A stretch of 64,000 bases of DNA from NCBI GenBank assembly GCA_964458565.1, contig CAYWJO010000004.1, positions 1-64,000 of the forward strand, given 5' to 3'. Positions 19,191-28,476 of this stretch are shown in pieces (position 1 is the stretch's first letter; each line of letters starts with the position of its first letter). Below the pieces are notes generated by a model, which saw nothing but the letters and a program-made list of their open reading frames with translations, was not told the origin of the DNA and ran no database searches. A program made the translations under genes and the position numbers. Source of the stretch: an uncultured archaeon. GTDB taxonomy: Archaea; Asgardarchaeota; Thorarchaeia; Thorarchaeales; Thorarchaeaceae.

Positions 19191-19769
19191 ATGAGTTCTA
19201 TATCAAGCCTGCGCTTTGAATGTAAACGGTGTGGTGCTTGTTGTAAGCAGAAAGATATGATAGTGACTGTTACTGCTTCTGATATACTTAAGCTAGTTTT
19301 TGGACTGGGTTTGAATGAAGATGATATCTTACGAGCACTTGATTTCTATATTCTGAATGATGACCAACTTATTCCTAATGGGTTAAGAGATATTCCAAAG
19401 GTGAAGACAGAACGTGGATTTGCATATGTGGCACTAAAGAAAATGGAAGGATACTCTTGCATTTTTCTTAAGGATGATTTGTGTATGATACACCCCCTTC
19501 GTCCAATGGTCTGTTCTTCATTTCCGTTTGTCTTCAGTGAGCATGACGGATCAATCAGTTGGTCACTACATGTTAAACAAGAGATTTGTCCAGGTATAGG
19601 TGAGGGTGAGATTATTACTGATGAATTGCTTCTCGAAATGTCGGAGGAACCCATTGATGAACTAGCTACTTTTGCTAAAATTGTAAACATTTGGAATGAT
19701 TCTTGTGAAGCGCATTCAGCATCCGGATTCATTAGGTTTCTAATTGAAAAATCGTCGAAAGGTACTTAG
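19191..19769 (+). CDS. YkgJ-family CxxCxxCC cysteine-cluster protein
   Basis: FECKRCGACC, C.FL...C.IH..RP.VC..FPF, CPGIG. Confidence 0.9.
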   Translation: MSSISSLRFECKRCGACCKQKDMIVTVTASDILKLVFGLGLNEDDILRALDFYILNDDQLIPNGLRDIPKVKTERGFAYVALKKMEGYSCIFLKDDLCMIHPLRPMVCSSFPFVFSEHDGSISWSLHVKQEICPGIGEGEIITDELLLEMSEEPIDELATFAKIVNIWNDSCEAHSASGFIRFLIEKSSKGT

Positions 19770-19816
19770 GATTCCTTCCTCCTCTGAAGCTTACTTGTAT
19801 AGTGGTGTATTTCTAA

Positions 19817-20767
19817 ATGAAACGAATATTGATTACTGGTGGTGCTGGTTTCATCGGAAGTCATCTCGTTGACCGGTTGATTTCAGGTCATGAGGTGTGT
19901 GTACTCGATAATTTATCTGGTGGAACAATGGATAATATTCAACCACACTTGTTCAATTCAAACCTGAATTTTGTTAATGGTTCAATCACATCTGAAAATG
20001 ACCTAAAGCAGTGTGTTAGTGGAGTTGACACGGTCTTTCATTTTGCAGCACAACCAAATGTTCGACTAAGTGTTGACGAACCAATCTCTGATTTCGAGAT
20101 CAATGTTCGAGGTAGTCTGAATCTTCTTGAAGAAATGAGACGACAGGATGTTGATCGAATTATCTTTGCTTCCTCAGGGGGTACAATTTATGGTGATGCG
20201 GAAATTCTTCCTACACCTGAGACTGCGAGATTGCATCCAATCAGTAATTATGGTGCAGCTAAAGCTGCTATTGAAATGTATTTATCTTCATATGCTGAGT
20301 TATATGGCATTAATTCCGTATGCGTTCGTTTAGCCAATATAATCGGTCCTCGCTGTAATCGTGGAGTTATTTTTGATTTCTACATGAAGTTGAAGCGAGA
20401 TCATACCCGACTAGAGATACTTGGCGATGGCAAACAAGAGAAATCCTATCTATATATTGATGATACGATTGATGCGATTCTGCTATTAGAAGAAAAAATG
20501 AAATCGGGCTATCTACCTGTAAATGTTGCATCTAATGACCGATTAACCGTTACAAGGATTGCAGAGGTGGTATGTAATCAGCTACAACTCGACAATGTCA
20601 AGTTAGACTATACCGGAACCAAAAGAGGATGGTCTGGTGACGTTATTAAAACTGATTTTGACGTAAATCTTCTGAATAGTTTTGGTTGGAATTTAAAGAC
20701 AACATTAGAGAATGCTGTTCGATATAATGTCACTTGGTTGGTTAAGCAATTTGGAGAGGTGCGATAA
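19817..20767 (+). CDS. NAD-dependent epimerase/dehydratase (UDP-glucose 4-epimerase-like extended SDR)
   Basis: TGGAGFIGSHL, HFAA, YGAAK (YxxxK). Confidence 0.93.
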   Translation: MKRILITGGAGFIGSHLVDRLISGHEVCVLDNLSGGTMDNIQPHLFNSNLNFVNGSITSENDLKQCVSGVDTVFHFAAQPNVRLSVDEPISDFEINVRGSLNLLEEMRRQDVDRIIFASSGGTIYGDAEILPTPETARLHPISNYGAAKAAIEMYLSSYAELYGINSVCVRLANIIGPRCNRGVIFDFYMKLKRDHTRLEILGDGKQEKSYLYIDDTIDAILLLEEKMKSGYLPVNVASNDRLTVTRIAEVVCNQLQLDNVKLDYTGTKRGWSGDVIKTDFDVNLLNSFGWNLKTTLENAVRYNVTWLVKQFGEVR

Positions 20768-20770
20768 TCT

Positions 20771-21757
20771 CTAGAGTCTACTAAGGATTTGTAGGATGTT
20801 ACCAAAATTATGCTCCACCGTTCTGCTCTTCTCTGCGTAAGCTGATAAGGATGCGAGCCGACTATCTGTTTTGACTTTATTTAGGAATCTATCCGAGCGA
20901 ATCTCTCGATGTATTTTCTCATTTATTTTGAGAATTTCACTTGATGTTCCAAGAACATACTGGAGACTTCTAATTAGTAGATTGAAATCATACAAATCTC
21001 TCAACTGCAAAGTTTGGCTATAGAATTGAAACTCTAGGCGAGTTAAGACAAGTCTTAGATCAACTAACTCTATCAGCCAATCCTCTACTCCTTCCTTTAT
21101 GAGCTGCTCCTTGATTGTTGAATAATGAATCTGTTGATCCATCAACTGAACCAGATATTTCCGGAGAAATGAAAAATGGTCTACGCCATCCTCAATATCT
21201 TCCTCTGTCCCAATGGCTTCCATTCCATCCATCTGGCTATGTTTAACAGCAATCATCAATGAGAATTTATCAACGTAACGCTTGACCTCATCTGTTTTCT
21301 CTTTAACAGACATTGTGTCAGAGTAAGTATCACTAAGTGTCAGGATGAATTTGTAAAGACATTCACTACATATTTCTGCACTCGCAGTCAAGTCTTTAGT
21401 CGAGAGAAATTGTAGGGCATCTTCAAGATCTCCACCTGGAACATCTTTACCATGGATTTTGAGTACCCATCCTTGAGATATACAATATACACGATTATCC
21501 GGATAGTTCACATATATTGCTGCATAGCAGATGTCATTTTCTGCGGCGAGTTCTTCATCCATTGCTGCCTTGTCTTCATGTAGGCCAAATATCCCCGGAT
21601 CCACTTCGAGTACTTCAAGCTCAAGGATTGAATCATCATTAACACAGAGTTTTTCATCACCAAACACCTTAAGACATGGACACCCTCTGACAAGACGTAT
21701 GGTGCCTTGGCGATTTTTTGGTCCATTCTGTGCGTAAACCACCTTGGTGCTCTCCAA
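20771..21757 (-). CDS. Cys-rich hypothetical protein (paralog A)
   Basis: RLVRGCPC.K.FG.EK.C.NDD shared with the adjacent ORF. Confidence 0.85.
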   Translation of the reverse strand: MESTKVVYAQNGPKNRQGTIRLVRGCPCLKVFGDEKLCVNDDSILELEVLEVDPGIFGLHEDKAAMDEELAAENDICYAAIYVNYPDNRVYCISQGWVLKIHGKDVPGGDLEDALQFLSTKDLTASAEICSECLYKFILTLSDTYSDTMSVKEKTDEVKRYVDKFSLMIAVKHSQMDGMEAIGTEEDIEDGVDHFSFLRKYLVQLMDQQIHYSTIKEQLIKEGVEDWLIELVDLRLVLTRLEFQFYSQTLQLRDLYDFNLLIRSLQYVLGTSSEILKINEKIHREIRSDRFLNKVKTDSRLASLSAYAEKSRTVEHNFGNILQILSRL

Positions 21758-21820
21758 TCTTCTCCAAATCTGAATGATTCCAAATATTGTTTCACATAAG
21801 GTGTTATAGAACTTGCTGTT

Positions 21821-22768
21821 TCATCCTCTTACCTGACTAAGAAGATGTAGAAGATTAGCAAACCTATGTTCGCCAATTCTTCTATGATTTTCATTTATTG
21901 CTATTATATTCTTAATCGGTTGTGGTACCGCTTTTTCCTCTTCAAGAATCTGAAGCACTTCTCTTATGCTATTATTAATTTGCATAACTTGTTCAGATAA
22001 TTCAATCATGAATTTAAGTAGTCCAATCGCCACAAACTGATCAGTTGATTCTTTTAAGGACATAACTTGTAAAAGGAATACTGATTCTAGTCTACAAAGT
22101 TGACTATATTTTTCGAGGAGGTAAACGTAATGACTCTTCCCTTCGATTTCTCTTAGTTCTCCAATATTCTCTGTAAGTTCCGTTCTTTGTCGACTTAGTT
22201 GCTCAATTTGCTTGCGAATTAGATCTGAATATATGCTTTCATCAACATATCCGATTGCTTCACTGTCGCCTCCGCCTAGATCAACAGCCATTTTCATATA
22301 AATTTCCTTTACATAGCTCTCAATGATCTCTGAGCGTTCAGATTCAGATATTAAATCATCGAAAACATCTCCCAAGGTGACTAGATATTTATAAAGACAA
22401 GTTGAGCATACTACTCCATTAGTAGAGTGTTCAGTTGTTGAAACAAAGCTGAGTGCATCCTTGATATCGGATGCCTTCACTTCCCTGTTGTTGATATGTA
22501 ATTTCATTCCCCTACTGACACAATAGACAAAATTACCAGATTTCTCTAAATAGATAAGGAGGTAACACATATTCTCTTTATCACTCTTGAACTCAAGTAG
22601 ATCTTCTAGATTCTCAATTTGAGTGAAAAATGAGGGGTCAACTGAGATAGCTCTTATTGGCAGAACATCGTCATCATTGATGCATACTTTCTCTTCACCA
22701 AACTCCTTGTAACAAGGGCAACCCTTTACAAGTCGCGTATTGGTGCTTTTTGTTCTACCTAGGATCAT
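21821..22768 (-). CDS. Cys-rich hypothetical protein (paralog B)
   Basis: RLVKGCPC.K.FG.EK.C.NDD, CSTCLYK and EH.F.N.L..LS align with paralog A. Confidence 0.85.
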   Translation of the reverse strand: MILGRTKSTNTRLVKGCPCYKEFGEEKVCINDDDVLPIRAISVDPSFFTQIENLEDLLEFKSDKENMCYLLIYLEKSGNFVYCVSRGMKLHINNREVKASDIKDALSFVSTTEHSTNGVVCSTCLYKYLVTLGDVFDDLISESERSEIIESYVKEIYMKMAVDLGGGDSEAIGYVDESIYSDLIRKQIEQLSRQRTELTENIGELREIEGKSHYVYLLEKYSQLCRLESVFLLQVMSLKESTDQFVAIGLLKFMIELSEQVMQINNSIREVLQILEEEKAVPQPIKNIIAINENHRRIGEHRFANLLHLLSQVRG

Positions 22769-22857
22769 TGATTGTAAGTCACCATCCGTTGTCCCAGGTG
22801 TCGTTGTTGGTGCACACTCCTTAGTATGGAATGATTTCTCATTCTCTAGGAGAACTC

Positions 22858-22883
22858 AAGGAATCTTATTATTAAGATTCCTT
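22858..22883. promoter_or_regulatory. Perfect 11-bp inverted repeat, putative operator (or terminator hairpin)
   Basis: AAGGAATCTTA-ttat-TAAGATTCCTT between the RHH pair and paralog B. Confidence 0.55.
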
Positions 22884-22918
22884 CGACGAATTGCTGAGGA
22901 ATCGTACTAGTACCTCAT

Positions 22919-23059
22919 TTATCTCCAGAGTTCTCGTTTCAAGAGATCACGAATGGCAATCCTGATGGCTTCACTTCTATTAGGATACAAACGTGAGTCC
23001 ACCAATTGCTCAAGTCCCTCGATATACTGCTCTGGGATATGTAATGTTACTAATTTCAT
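22919..23059 (-). CDS. CdrS/CopG-like ribbon-helix-helix protein, copy 2 (46 aa; not in ORF track)
   Basis: MKLVTLHIPEQYIEGLEQLVDSRLYPNRSEAIRIAIRDLLKRELWR. Confidence 0.92.
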   Translation of the reverse strand: MKLVTLHIPEQYIEGLEQLVDSRLYPNRSEAIRIAIRDLLKRELWR

Positions 23060-23086
23060 GTTTTTTTTCTCCCGGCTAGGGTTTTT

Positions 23087-23227
23087 CTATTGCCACAGCT
23101 CTTTCTTGAGCAGATCACGTATAGCGATTCGTATGGCTTCGCTTCGATTTGGATATAGTTTGGTATCGACCAACTGCTCAAGCCCTTCCAGATAGGCTGT
23201 TGGTACATGTAGTGTTACAAGCTTCAT
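23087..23227 (-). CDS. CdrS/CopG-like ribbon-helix-helix protein, copy 1 (46 aa; not in ORF track)
   Basis: MKLVTLHVPTAYLEGLEQLVDTKLYPNRSEAIRIAIRDLLKKELWQ; AGGTGA RBS upstream. Confidence 0.92.
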   Translation of the reverse strand: MKLVTLHVPTAYLEGLEQLVDTKLYPNRSEAIRIAIRDLLKKELWQ

Positions 23228-23249
23228 AGATGTATCACCTAGAGAGGAC

Positions 23250-23284
23250 AGTAATCTTACCAGAATATGTTTGTAAGTATTACT
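23250..23284. promoter_or_regulatory. Imperfect inverted repeat upstream of the RHH pair
   Basis: AGTAATCTTAC-12 nt-GTAAGtATTACT; shares the AATCTTA half-site with 22858..22883. Confidence 0.45.
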
Positions 23285-23355
23285 AGGTCGATATTCAAAA
23301 TTTGGCCAACAAGATAGAAGTTATAATATACTCCTATTGCGAAACTCACATTTGA

Positions 23356-25497
23356 TTGGTGAACTGTGAGTGTGATTTAGTGACCAGACAAGATGGCATC
23401 GAGGTGCTCTTCAATCCCCACTCCATTGCTGTAATTGGGGCATCCTCCACTAAGGGGAAGCTAGGACATTCTGTTGTAAGAAACTTGGTTGATAGTGGTT
23501 TTCAAGGTCGAATTTACCCTATTAATCCTAAAGGTGGAGAGATTCTTGGACTTCGAACCTATCGTAATATATCAGAGGTTTCTGGAGATGTTGATGTCGG
23601 AGTCATAGTTATTCCATCCAAGTTTGTCCTACCTGCAGTTGAAGAATGCGGTCGTAAGGGTGTTAAAGCTCTTGTGATAATTACTGCCGGCTTTAAAGAG
23701 ATTGGTCATGAGGGGCAAGAGGCCGAAAGGAAGATTGTTGAAATTGCTGAAAAATACGGTATGGTTGTTCAAGGACCAAATTGTCTTGGAATTATCAACA
23801 CATCATCTCCTTATAATGCCTCATTCTCTGCAGGCACTCCAACAAAGGGTACAATTGCATTCGCATCCCAATCAGGTGCACTAATGACAGGAATTCTTGA
23901 CTGGAGTCTAATGGAAAAAATCGGATTTTCTAAATTTGTTAGTCTCGGTAATAAAGCACATCTTGATGAAGCTGATTTCATAGAAGCTTTTGGAAACGAT
24001 CCCGATTCAAGCTTCATTCTGCTTTATATTGAATCTGTTGTTGATGGTCGTAAGTTTATGAAGGCATGTCGGAAAGTTGCAGAGAAAAAACCAATCTTCA
24101 TTGTTAAATCAGGAATAAGTACTGCAGGTGCTAGAGCAGCTTCTTCTCACACAGGGTCTCTTGCTGGTTCTGATACAGCTTACAATGTGGCATTTAAACA
24201 GAGTGGTGTAAGTAGAGCAAATAATATGGCTGAACTTTTTGATGTAGCAAATGTTTACGACGACATGCATCTTCCTGCTGGAAATCGCATAGCGATAATC
24301 ACTAATGCAGGTGGACCTGGTATCCTGACAACAGACGCATGTGAAGCAAATGGATTGGAAATTGCAAAATTATCCACAACAACGATTCAATTTCTCAAAG
24401 AAAAATTACCCTCTGCAGCCTCACTGTATAATCCGGTTGATGCGTTAGGCACTGCTCAACCCGAGGATTATCAGCTATGCATTGAATCAGTTCTCCGAGA
24501 TGAAGGTGTTGATTCTGTCATAGTTCTTCTTACTCCTCAAGCCATGACAAAGGAAACTGAAACTGCTCAAGTTATTGTTGACGCTCATCAGAAATATCCC
24601 GATAAACCCGTCATTGCTGTATTCATGGGTGGACACTCGATGGTCTATCCTCGAATTATACTAACTGAAGGACAAATCCCAGTTTTCGATTTTCCTGAAC
24701 GTGCTGTATTTGCACTAGCTGAGCTCTACAAGTACACAGTAATAAGAGATAGTCTGAAAGACGAATCGATTCCTAAATTTGCAGTAAACACAAAACGAGT
24801 GAATGAACTCATCTCAAATGTTCGAAAAGATGGACGAAGAGTTCTCCTCGGAAGTGAGGCGCATGAAATCGCTGAAGCTTATGGCATTTCAGTAGCTCGA
24901 ATTCGTCTTGCAACAAGTAGTGAGGACGCAAAACAGATTGCGGGTGAATTAGGTTATCCTGTGGTATTAAAGATATCAAGTCCTGATATCATTCATAAGA
25001 GTGATATCGGAGGAATTCAAGTTGGCTTGAAAACACCAGAAGATGTTGAGGCTGCGTTTGTACAAATACTTGAAAACGCCAAGAAACACAGACCAAAAGC
25101 AATCATCTATGGTGTTGATGTTCAGGAAATGGCTGACAAAGGCAAGGAACTCATTATTGGTTGTTCTCGTGATGTTCAGTTTGGTCCGTTGATTATGTTT
25201 GGCGCTGGTGGTATTTTTGTAAATTACTTGAAGGATATAGCATTTAGACTTGCTCCAATGAGTCGTAGTGATGCAGCTGAGCTCATAGAGGAAACCAAAA
25301 TGGGGCTACTTCTCAAAGGTGTTAGAGGAGAGCCTCCAAGTGATATTATTGCGCTACAGGATACTATCTTACGAATAAGTCAATTAGTTACTGATTTTGA
25401 AGAGATTGTAGAGCTTGACATAAATCCAGCATTTGCTTATGAGAAGGGAAGGGGCGTTACAGCAGTTGACATCAAAATTACTATTGGAGGTGAGTAA
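23356..25497 (+). CDS. ADP-forming acetate/acyl-CoA ligase, fused alpha+beta
   Basis: IAVIGAS, GPNCLG, SQSGA, A.SHTGSLAG (phospho-His), ATP-grasp HKSD.GG, ELDINP. Confidence 0.95.
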   Translation: MVNCECDLVTRQDGIEVLFNPHSIAVIGASSTKGKLGHSVVRNLVDSGFQGRIYPINPKGGEILGLRTYRNISEVSGDVDVGVIVIPSKFVLPAVEECGRKGVKALVIITAGFKEIGHEGQEAERKIVEIAEKYGMVVQGPNCLGIINTSSPYNASFSAGTPTKGTIAFASQSGALMTGILDWSLMEKIGFSKFVSLGNKAHLDEADFIEAFGNDPDSSFILLYIESVVDGRKFMKACRKVAEKKPIFIVKSGISTAGARAASSHTGSLAGSDTAYNVAFKQSGVSRANNMAELFDVANVYDDMHLPAGNRIAIITNAGGPGILTTDACEANGLEIAKLSTTTIQFLKEKLPSAASLYNPVDALGTAQPEDYQLCIESVLRDEGVDSVIVLLTPQAMTKETETAQVIVDAHQKYPDKPVIAVFMGGHSMVYPRIILTEGQIPVFDFPERAVFALAELYKYTVIRDSLKDESIPKFAVNTKRVNELISNVRKDGRRVLLGSEAHEIAEAYGISVARIRLATSSEDAKQIAGELGYPVVLKISSPDIIHKSDIGGIQVGLKTPEDVEAAFVQILENAKKHRPKAIIYGVDVQEMADKGKELIIGCSRDVQFGPLIMFGAGGIFVNYLKDIAFRLAPMSRSDAAELIEETKMGLLLKGVRGEPPSDIIALQDTILRISQLVTDFEEIVELDINPAFAYEKGRGVTAVDIKITIGGE

Positions 25498-25500
25498 ACT

Positions 25501-26565
25501 TTGTCTAGTAACATTATGATCAGTGGCCAAACATTGACAGGCAAGACAATGATTGCCATCGCTCTTGCTTCAAAACTCAAAGCTCAGGGGATTCGAGTTG
25601 GTTACTTCAAACCCGTCGGCAGGAAAAGCTTTGAACTAAGTACTGAAACTGAAGATGTTGATGAAGATGCATATGTTATGAAGCATCTCTTGGGCATGAA
25701 AGAGAATGTAGGAACTATCTGCCCTATTGCTAGATCTAAAGCTACCTATGATGAATTGCTCAGGCTGGGTCCGGGCACTCTTATGGCAAAAGTGAAGGAA
25801 TGCTATGGTGAACTCGTATCTAACTATGATTCTATCATCTTTGAAGGTACCATGGTTCCATGGAATTTGCTTCACGTTGATCTCTCAACTCCACAGATTG
25901 CTAAGGAATTGAATGCATCTGTCCTATGCCTGGTCAACTTCACGAGTGTTGAGGCTATTGACGAAGTATATCTGATGCGCGATTTATTCAAACAACATGG
26001 AATTGAGAATATTGCATTTATCCTCTCTCAAGTTCCACCAATGCTAAAATCTATTGTAGAGGACCGAGTCACTCCATTCCTAAAAAAGCAGGGTATACGT
26101 GTCTGTGGTATTATTGATGCAAGACGCGAATTATACAGTCCAACAGTCGGAGAGATTTTGAAAGCTCTAGAAGGACAAATGGTTTTAGGTGAAGACAAAC
26201 TGGGCATATTGGTTGACCAGTTCATGGTGGGAAGCATGGCACCTGAGAATGCTCTGAAATATTTTAGACGTGCCGCAGACAAAGCAGTAATCACTAGCGG
26301 TGATAGAACTGATATTTGTCTTGCAGCCTTGGAAACCGATACCAATTTACTCATTCTGACCGGTGGGATGGGACCAGATATTAGAACAATTTCTAGAGCG
26401 AAGGAATTAGGAGTTCCTATAATGATGACCGCCTATGATACATTCAGTACAGGCCATATTGTTGATAATCTTGTAGGTACAGTAACCTCTGATAATGAAG
26501 CAAAGCTTGCCATAATAGACCAAATTGTTAATGAAAGCTTGGATTTTGATTGTTTATTGAACTAA
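25501..26565 (+). CDS. Phosphotransacetylase N-terminal family protein (BioD-like P-loop plus DRTGG)
   Basis: GKT.....L, VGYFKPVG, GDR.DI...A, LILTGG. Confidence 0.9.
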   Translation: MSSNIMISGQTLTGKTMIAIALASKLKAQGIRVGYFKPVGRKSFELSTETEDVDEDAYVMKHLLGMKENVGTICPIARSKATYDELLRLGPGTLMAKVKECYGELVSNYDSIIFEGTMVPWNLLHVDLSTPQIAKELNASVLCLVNFTSVEAIDEVYLMRDLFKQHGIENIAFILSQVPPMLKSIVEDRVTPFLKKQGIRVCGIIDARRELYSPTVGEILKALEGQMVLGEDKLGILVDQFMVGSMAPENALKYFRRAADKAVITSGDRTDICLAALETDTNLLILTGGMGPDIRTISRAKELGVPIMMTAYDTFSTGHIVDNLVGTVTSDNEAKLAIIDQIVNESLDFDCLLN

Positions 26566-26906
26566 TGGGCTCTACAGAAGAAGAAGGTAGGGAGGAGTCC
26601 AGAACTCCTCCAAAATGAACAGAGCGCACTATTTGCCGGGAGTGTTTGTATCGCTCCAAAACGTTGAGAAACAATCCTCCATAAGGTATCTTGTATGTTG
26701 CAGCCAATACTAGGTCAATATTTGAACAGGTATGAGCTTGGTGGGTACTGTGTTTCCTGAGAATAAGGAGAAAGGTGCTAAAGTGCAAAAGATTGTTGGT
26801 GATGCAATAGGCCCTACTGGATTTGGAGAAAAGAACTCCAACTATTTGCCAAATAGGATTTTGAGAAGGAGCGCGTCCGCTCCCACTCAAGAAAAAGTAG
26901 AGCCCA
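26566..26906 (+). ncRNA. Candidate structured non-coding RNA (unassigned family)
   Basis: 10-bp terminal helix TGGGCTCTAC/GTAGAGCCCA enclosing five hairpins and nested long-range helices; A-rich linkers; no credible ORF. Confidence 0.5.
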
Positions 26907-27172
26907 CCATGAACCGGGAGAGTTTTGTGAGCCCTACCCCGAGAATTTGGTAACTGGGATAAGTCAGCTTGTATATCCATTCCAATACTAGGTTAGTATT
27001 CAGGATATGTCCCAGACATGACATAGTGGTATATCTTCGACATGTCACGAACAACACTTCATCATTCGTCTATGTGGACCACACATATGATATTTCAGTA
27101 GTGAAAGCGAATACATTTATGGCGCCTGCTACAATCGAACTTCGCATTTATCATAAACTATGAGGTGAATCA

Positions 27173-27937
27173 ATGGCAACAGATGCTGAAAATAAGTCGG
27201 AATCAACTGGTGAAGCCAAGGGTGATGCTAAGACTGCAGAAGAACTGCAGTCTTTAAAGCTCATCCGTGATAGGCGTTCAATACGTGAATTCACTGGCGA
27301 GAAGATACCGGATGAACATATCGAACTCATTCTTGAGGCGGCTCGACATGCACCGAGCCCTGAGAATATGCAGATGGTTCGATATATCGTGATACGTGAG
27401 GATCAAGAAACCAAAGAATTCTTGGCAGACATCGCTGAGGAGATGGCTGTATCTGCGTTTGGTGGGTCGCCCTTTGAACTAGCTAGTGGTCGTAACTTCT
27501 ACATCTCAGATCCATACAGAGCTGCAGTTTACGCCAGACTTAGGGACGGCAAGCTCTTCCGTTACCCTGAAAGGAGTGATACAACGATCATTGTTTGCGC
27601 AAGTGAAGCATGGCACGATGCTAACTACCTATACCCCAATGAACTCTTTGGATCTGTTGTAGCTGGGATGGCCGTTACGAATATGTGGCTAACTGCAACA
27701 GAACTAGGTTATGGTTGTGGTTATGATGCATTAATATGTGCAGATCCACGTCATGCAGAACTAGTGCGAGATAGACTTGGCATTCCACCAATATGGACCC
27801 CGCTATGTGCTTTTTGCATTGGGAAACCAATATCAGGACGTGCACTTGGACCTAGTAGGATGCCGCTTGAGGGTTCAATGTATCATGAACGCTGGGGATT
27901 ACCATACAAACGAATTGCATTTCGGAAGGAGAAGTGA
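27173..27937 (+). CDS. Nitroreductase-family flavoprotein
   Basis: RRSIR.F, AA..APS..N.Q, NMWL.A.ELG.G; GAGGTGA RBS. Confidence 0.9.
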   Translation: MATDAENKSESTGEAKGDAKTAEELQSLKLIRDRRSIREFTGEKIPDEHIELILEAARHAPSPENMQMVRYIVIREDQETKEFLADIAEEMAVSAFGGSPFELASGRNFYISDPYRAAVYARLRDGKLFRYPERSDTTIIVCASEAWHDANYLYPNELFGSVVAGMAVTNMWLTATELGYGCGYDALICADPRHAELVRDRLGIPPIWTPLCAFCIGKPISGRALGPSRMPLEGSMYHERWGLPYKRIAFRKEK

Positions 27938-28200
27938 TCGATGTGGAAGTTACTTTTGATGAATTAATAATGGAAAAGCTAAGGGAGATTGCTGATGAAA
28001 GCGGCATGAGAATCGAAGGAGTTATTGAAGTAGTAATGCACGAGTTCTGCAATGATGTAGGAGGCAGAATCTACACAGGGAGATGGTCTAAGGGCGAGAA
28101 AGACGGGGTCAAGGGATTCCGTTATGTAGTCCAATGGCCATACAGACCGGGCTTTTTGGAAGCGACCGGCGACTTGGTGAAAAAATGGAGGAGTGAATAA
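27934..28200 (+). CDS. Small protein with an N-terminal RHH-like motif
   Basis: VEVTFDE..MEKLREIA...G..IEGVIE.V pattern; translationally coupled. Confidence 0.7.
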   Translation: MIDVEVTFDELIMEKLREIADESGMRIEGVIEVVMHEFCNDVGGRIYTGRWSKGEKDGVKGFRYVVQWPYRPGFLEATGDLVKKWRSE

Positions 28201-28472
28201 TGGCGAAGTTCAGAAAGCATCCTACTGGTGAATGGCCATTCTACCCACGACTAAAGGATGGTGATATAGACGCAGAGTATTGGACGTCAAAGAAAATGTA
28301 CCACCAGTCATTCATTAACGACCGGAGCGGACGTGTCGTTGTCTTGATGGATGGTGAGAGGTATGACTCCTTTTTAGATGCAGTTAAAAAGAGAAAAGGT
28401 AACATCTGGGCTAGTTCTGTAGATAAAGCAGTTCACGAAGCCATAGATGAATGGATGGCCAAGGAGGATTGA
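28200..28472 (+). CDS. Small protein with a C-terminal RHH-like motif
   Basis: VVVLMD..RYDSF...VK..KG.....VDKAVHEAIDEW; TAATG overlap with the upstream gene. Confidence 0.7.
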   Translation: MAKFRKHPTGEWPFYPRLKDGDIDAEYWTSKKMYHQSFINDRSGRVVVLMDGERYDSFLDAVKKRKGNIWASSVDKAVHEAIDEWMAKED

Positions 28473-28476
28473 TAGG

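Noticed and set aside
22953-23195. Plus-strand 80-aa ORF with an internal repeat
   Set aside because: It is the antisense shadow of the two tandem RHH genes.
26566-26945. Identification as RNase P RNA, SRP RNA, cobalamin riboswitch, group II intron or MITE
   Set aside because: It lacks P4 consensus strands, the SRP helix-8 motif, a B12 box and a proper domain V (only a CCCTACCCCGA look-alike). The 10-bp inverted ends have no target-site duplication.
27000-27067. Possible C/D-box sRNA on the minus strand (AUGAUGA...CUGA)
   Set aside because: The internal C'/D' boxes are poor and the second guide spacing (~33 nt) is too long.
26528-27163. ORFs 26528..26980(-), 26732..26953(+) and 26969..27163(+), and a minus frame with several in-frame TAGs (pyrrolysine idea)
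   Set aside because: No motifs and atypical composition. The TAG frame also contains TGA, and its TAGs largely derive from the nucleotide repeats.
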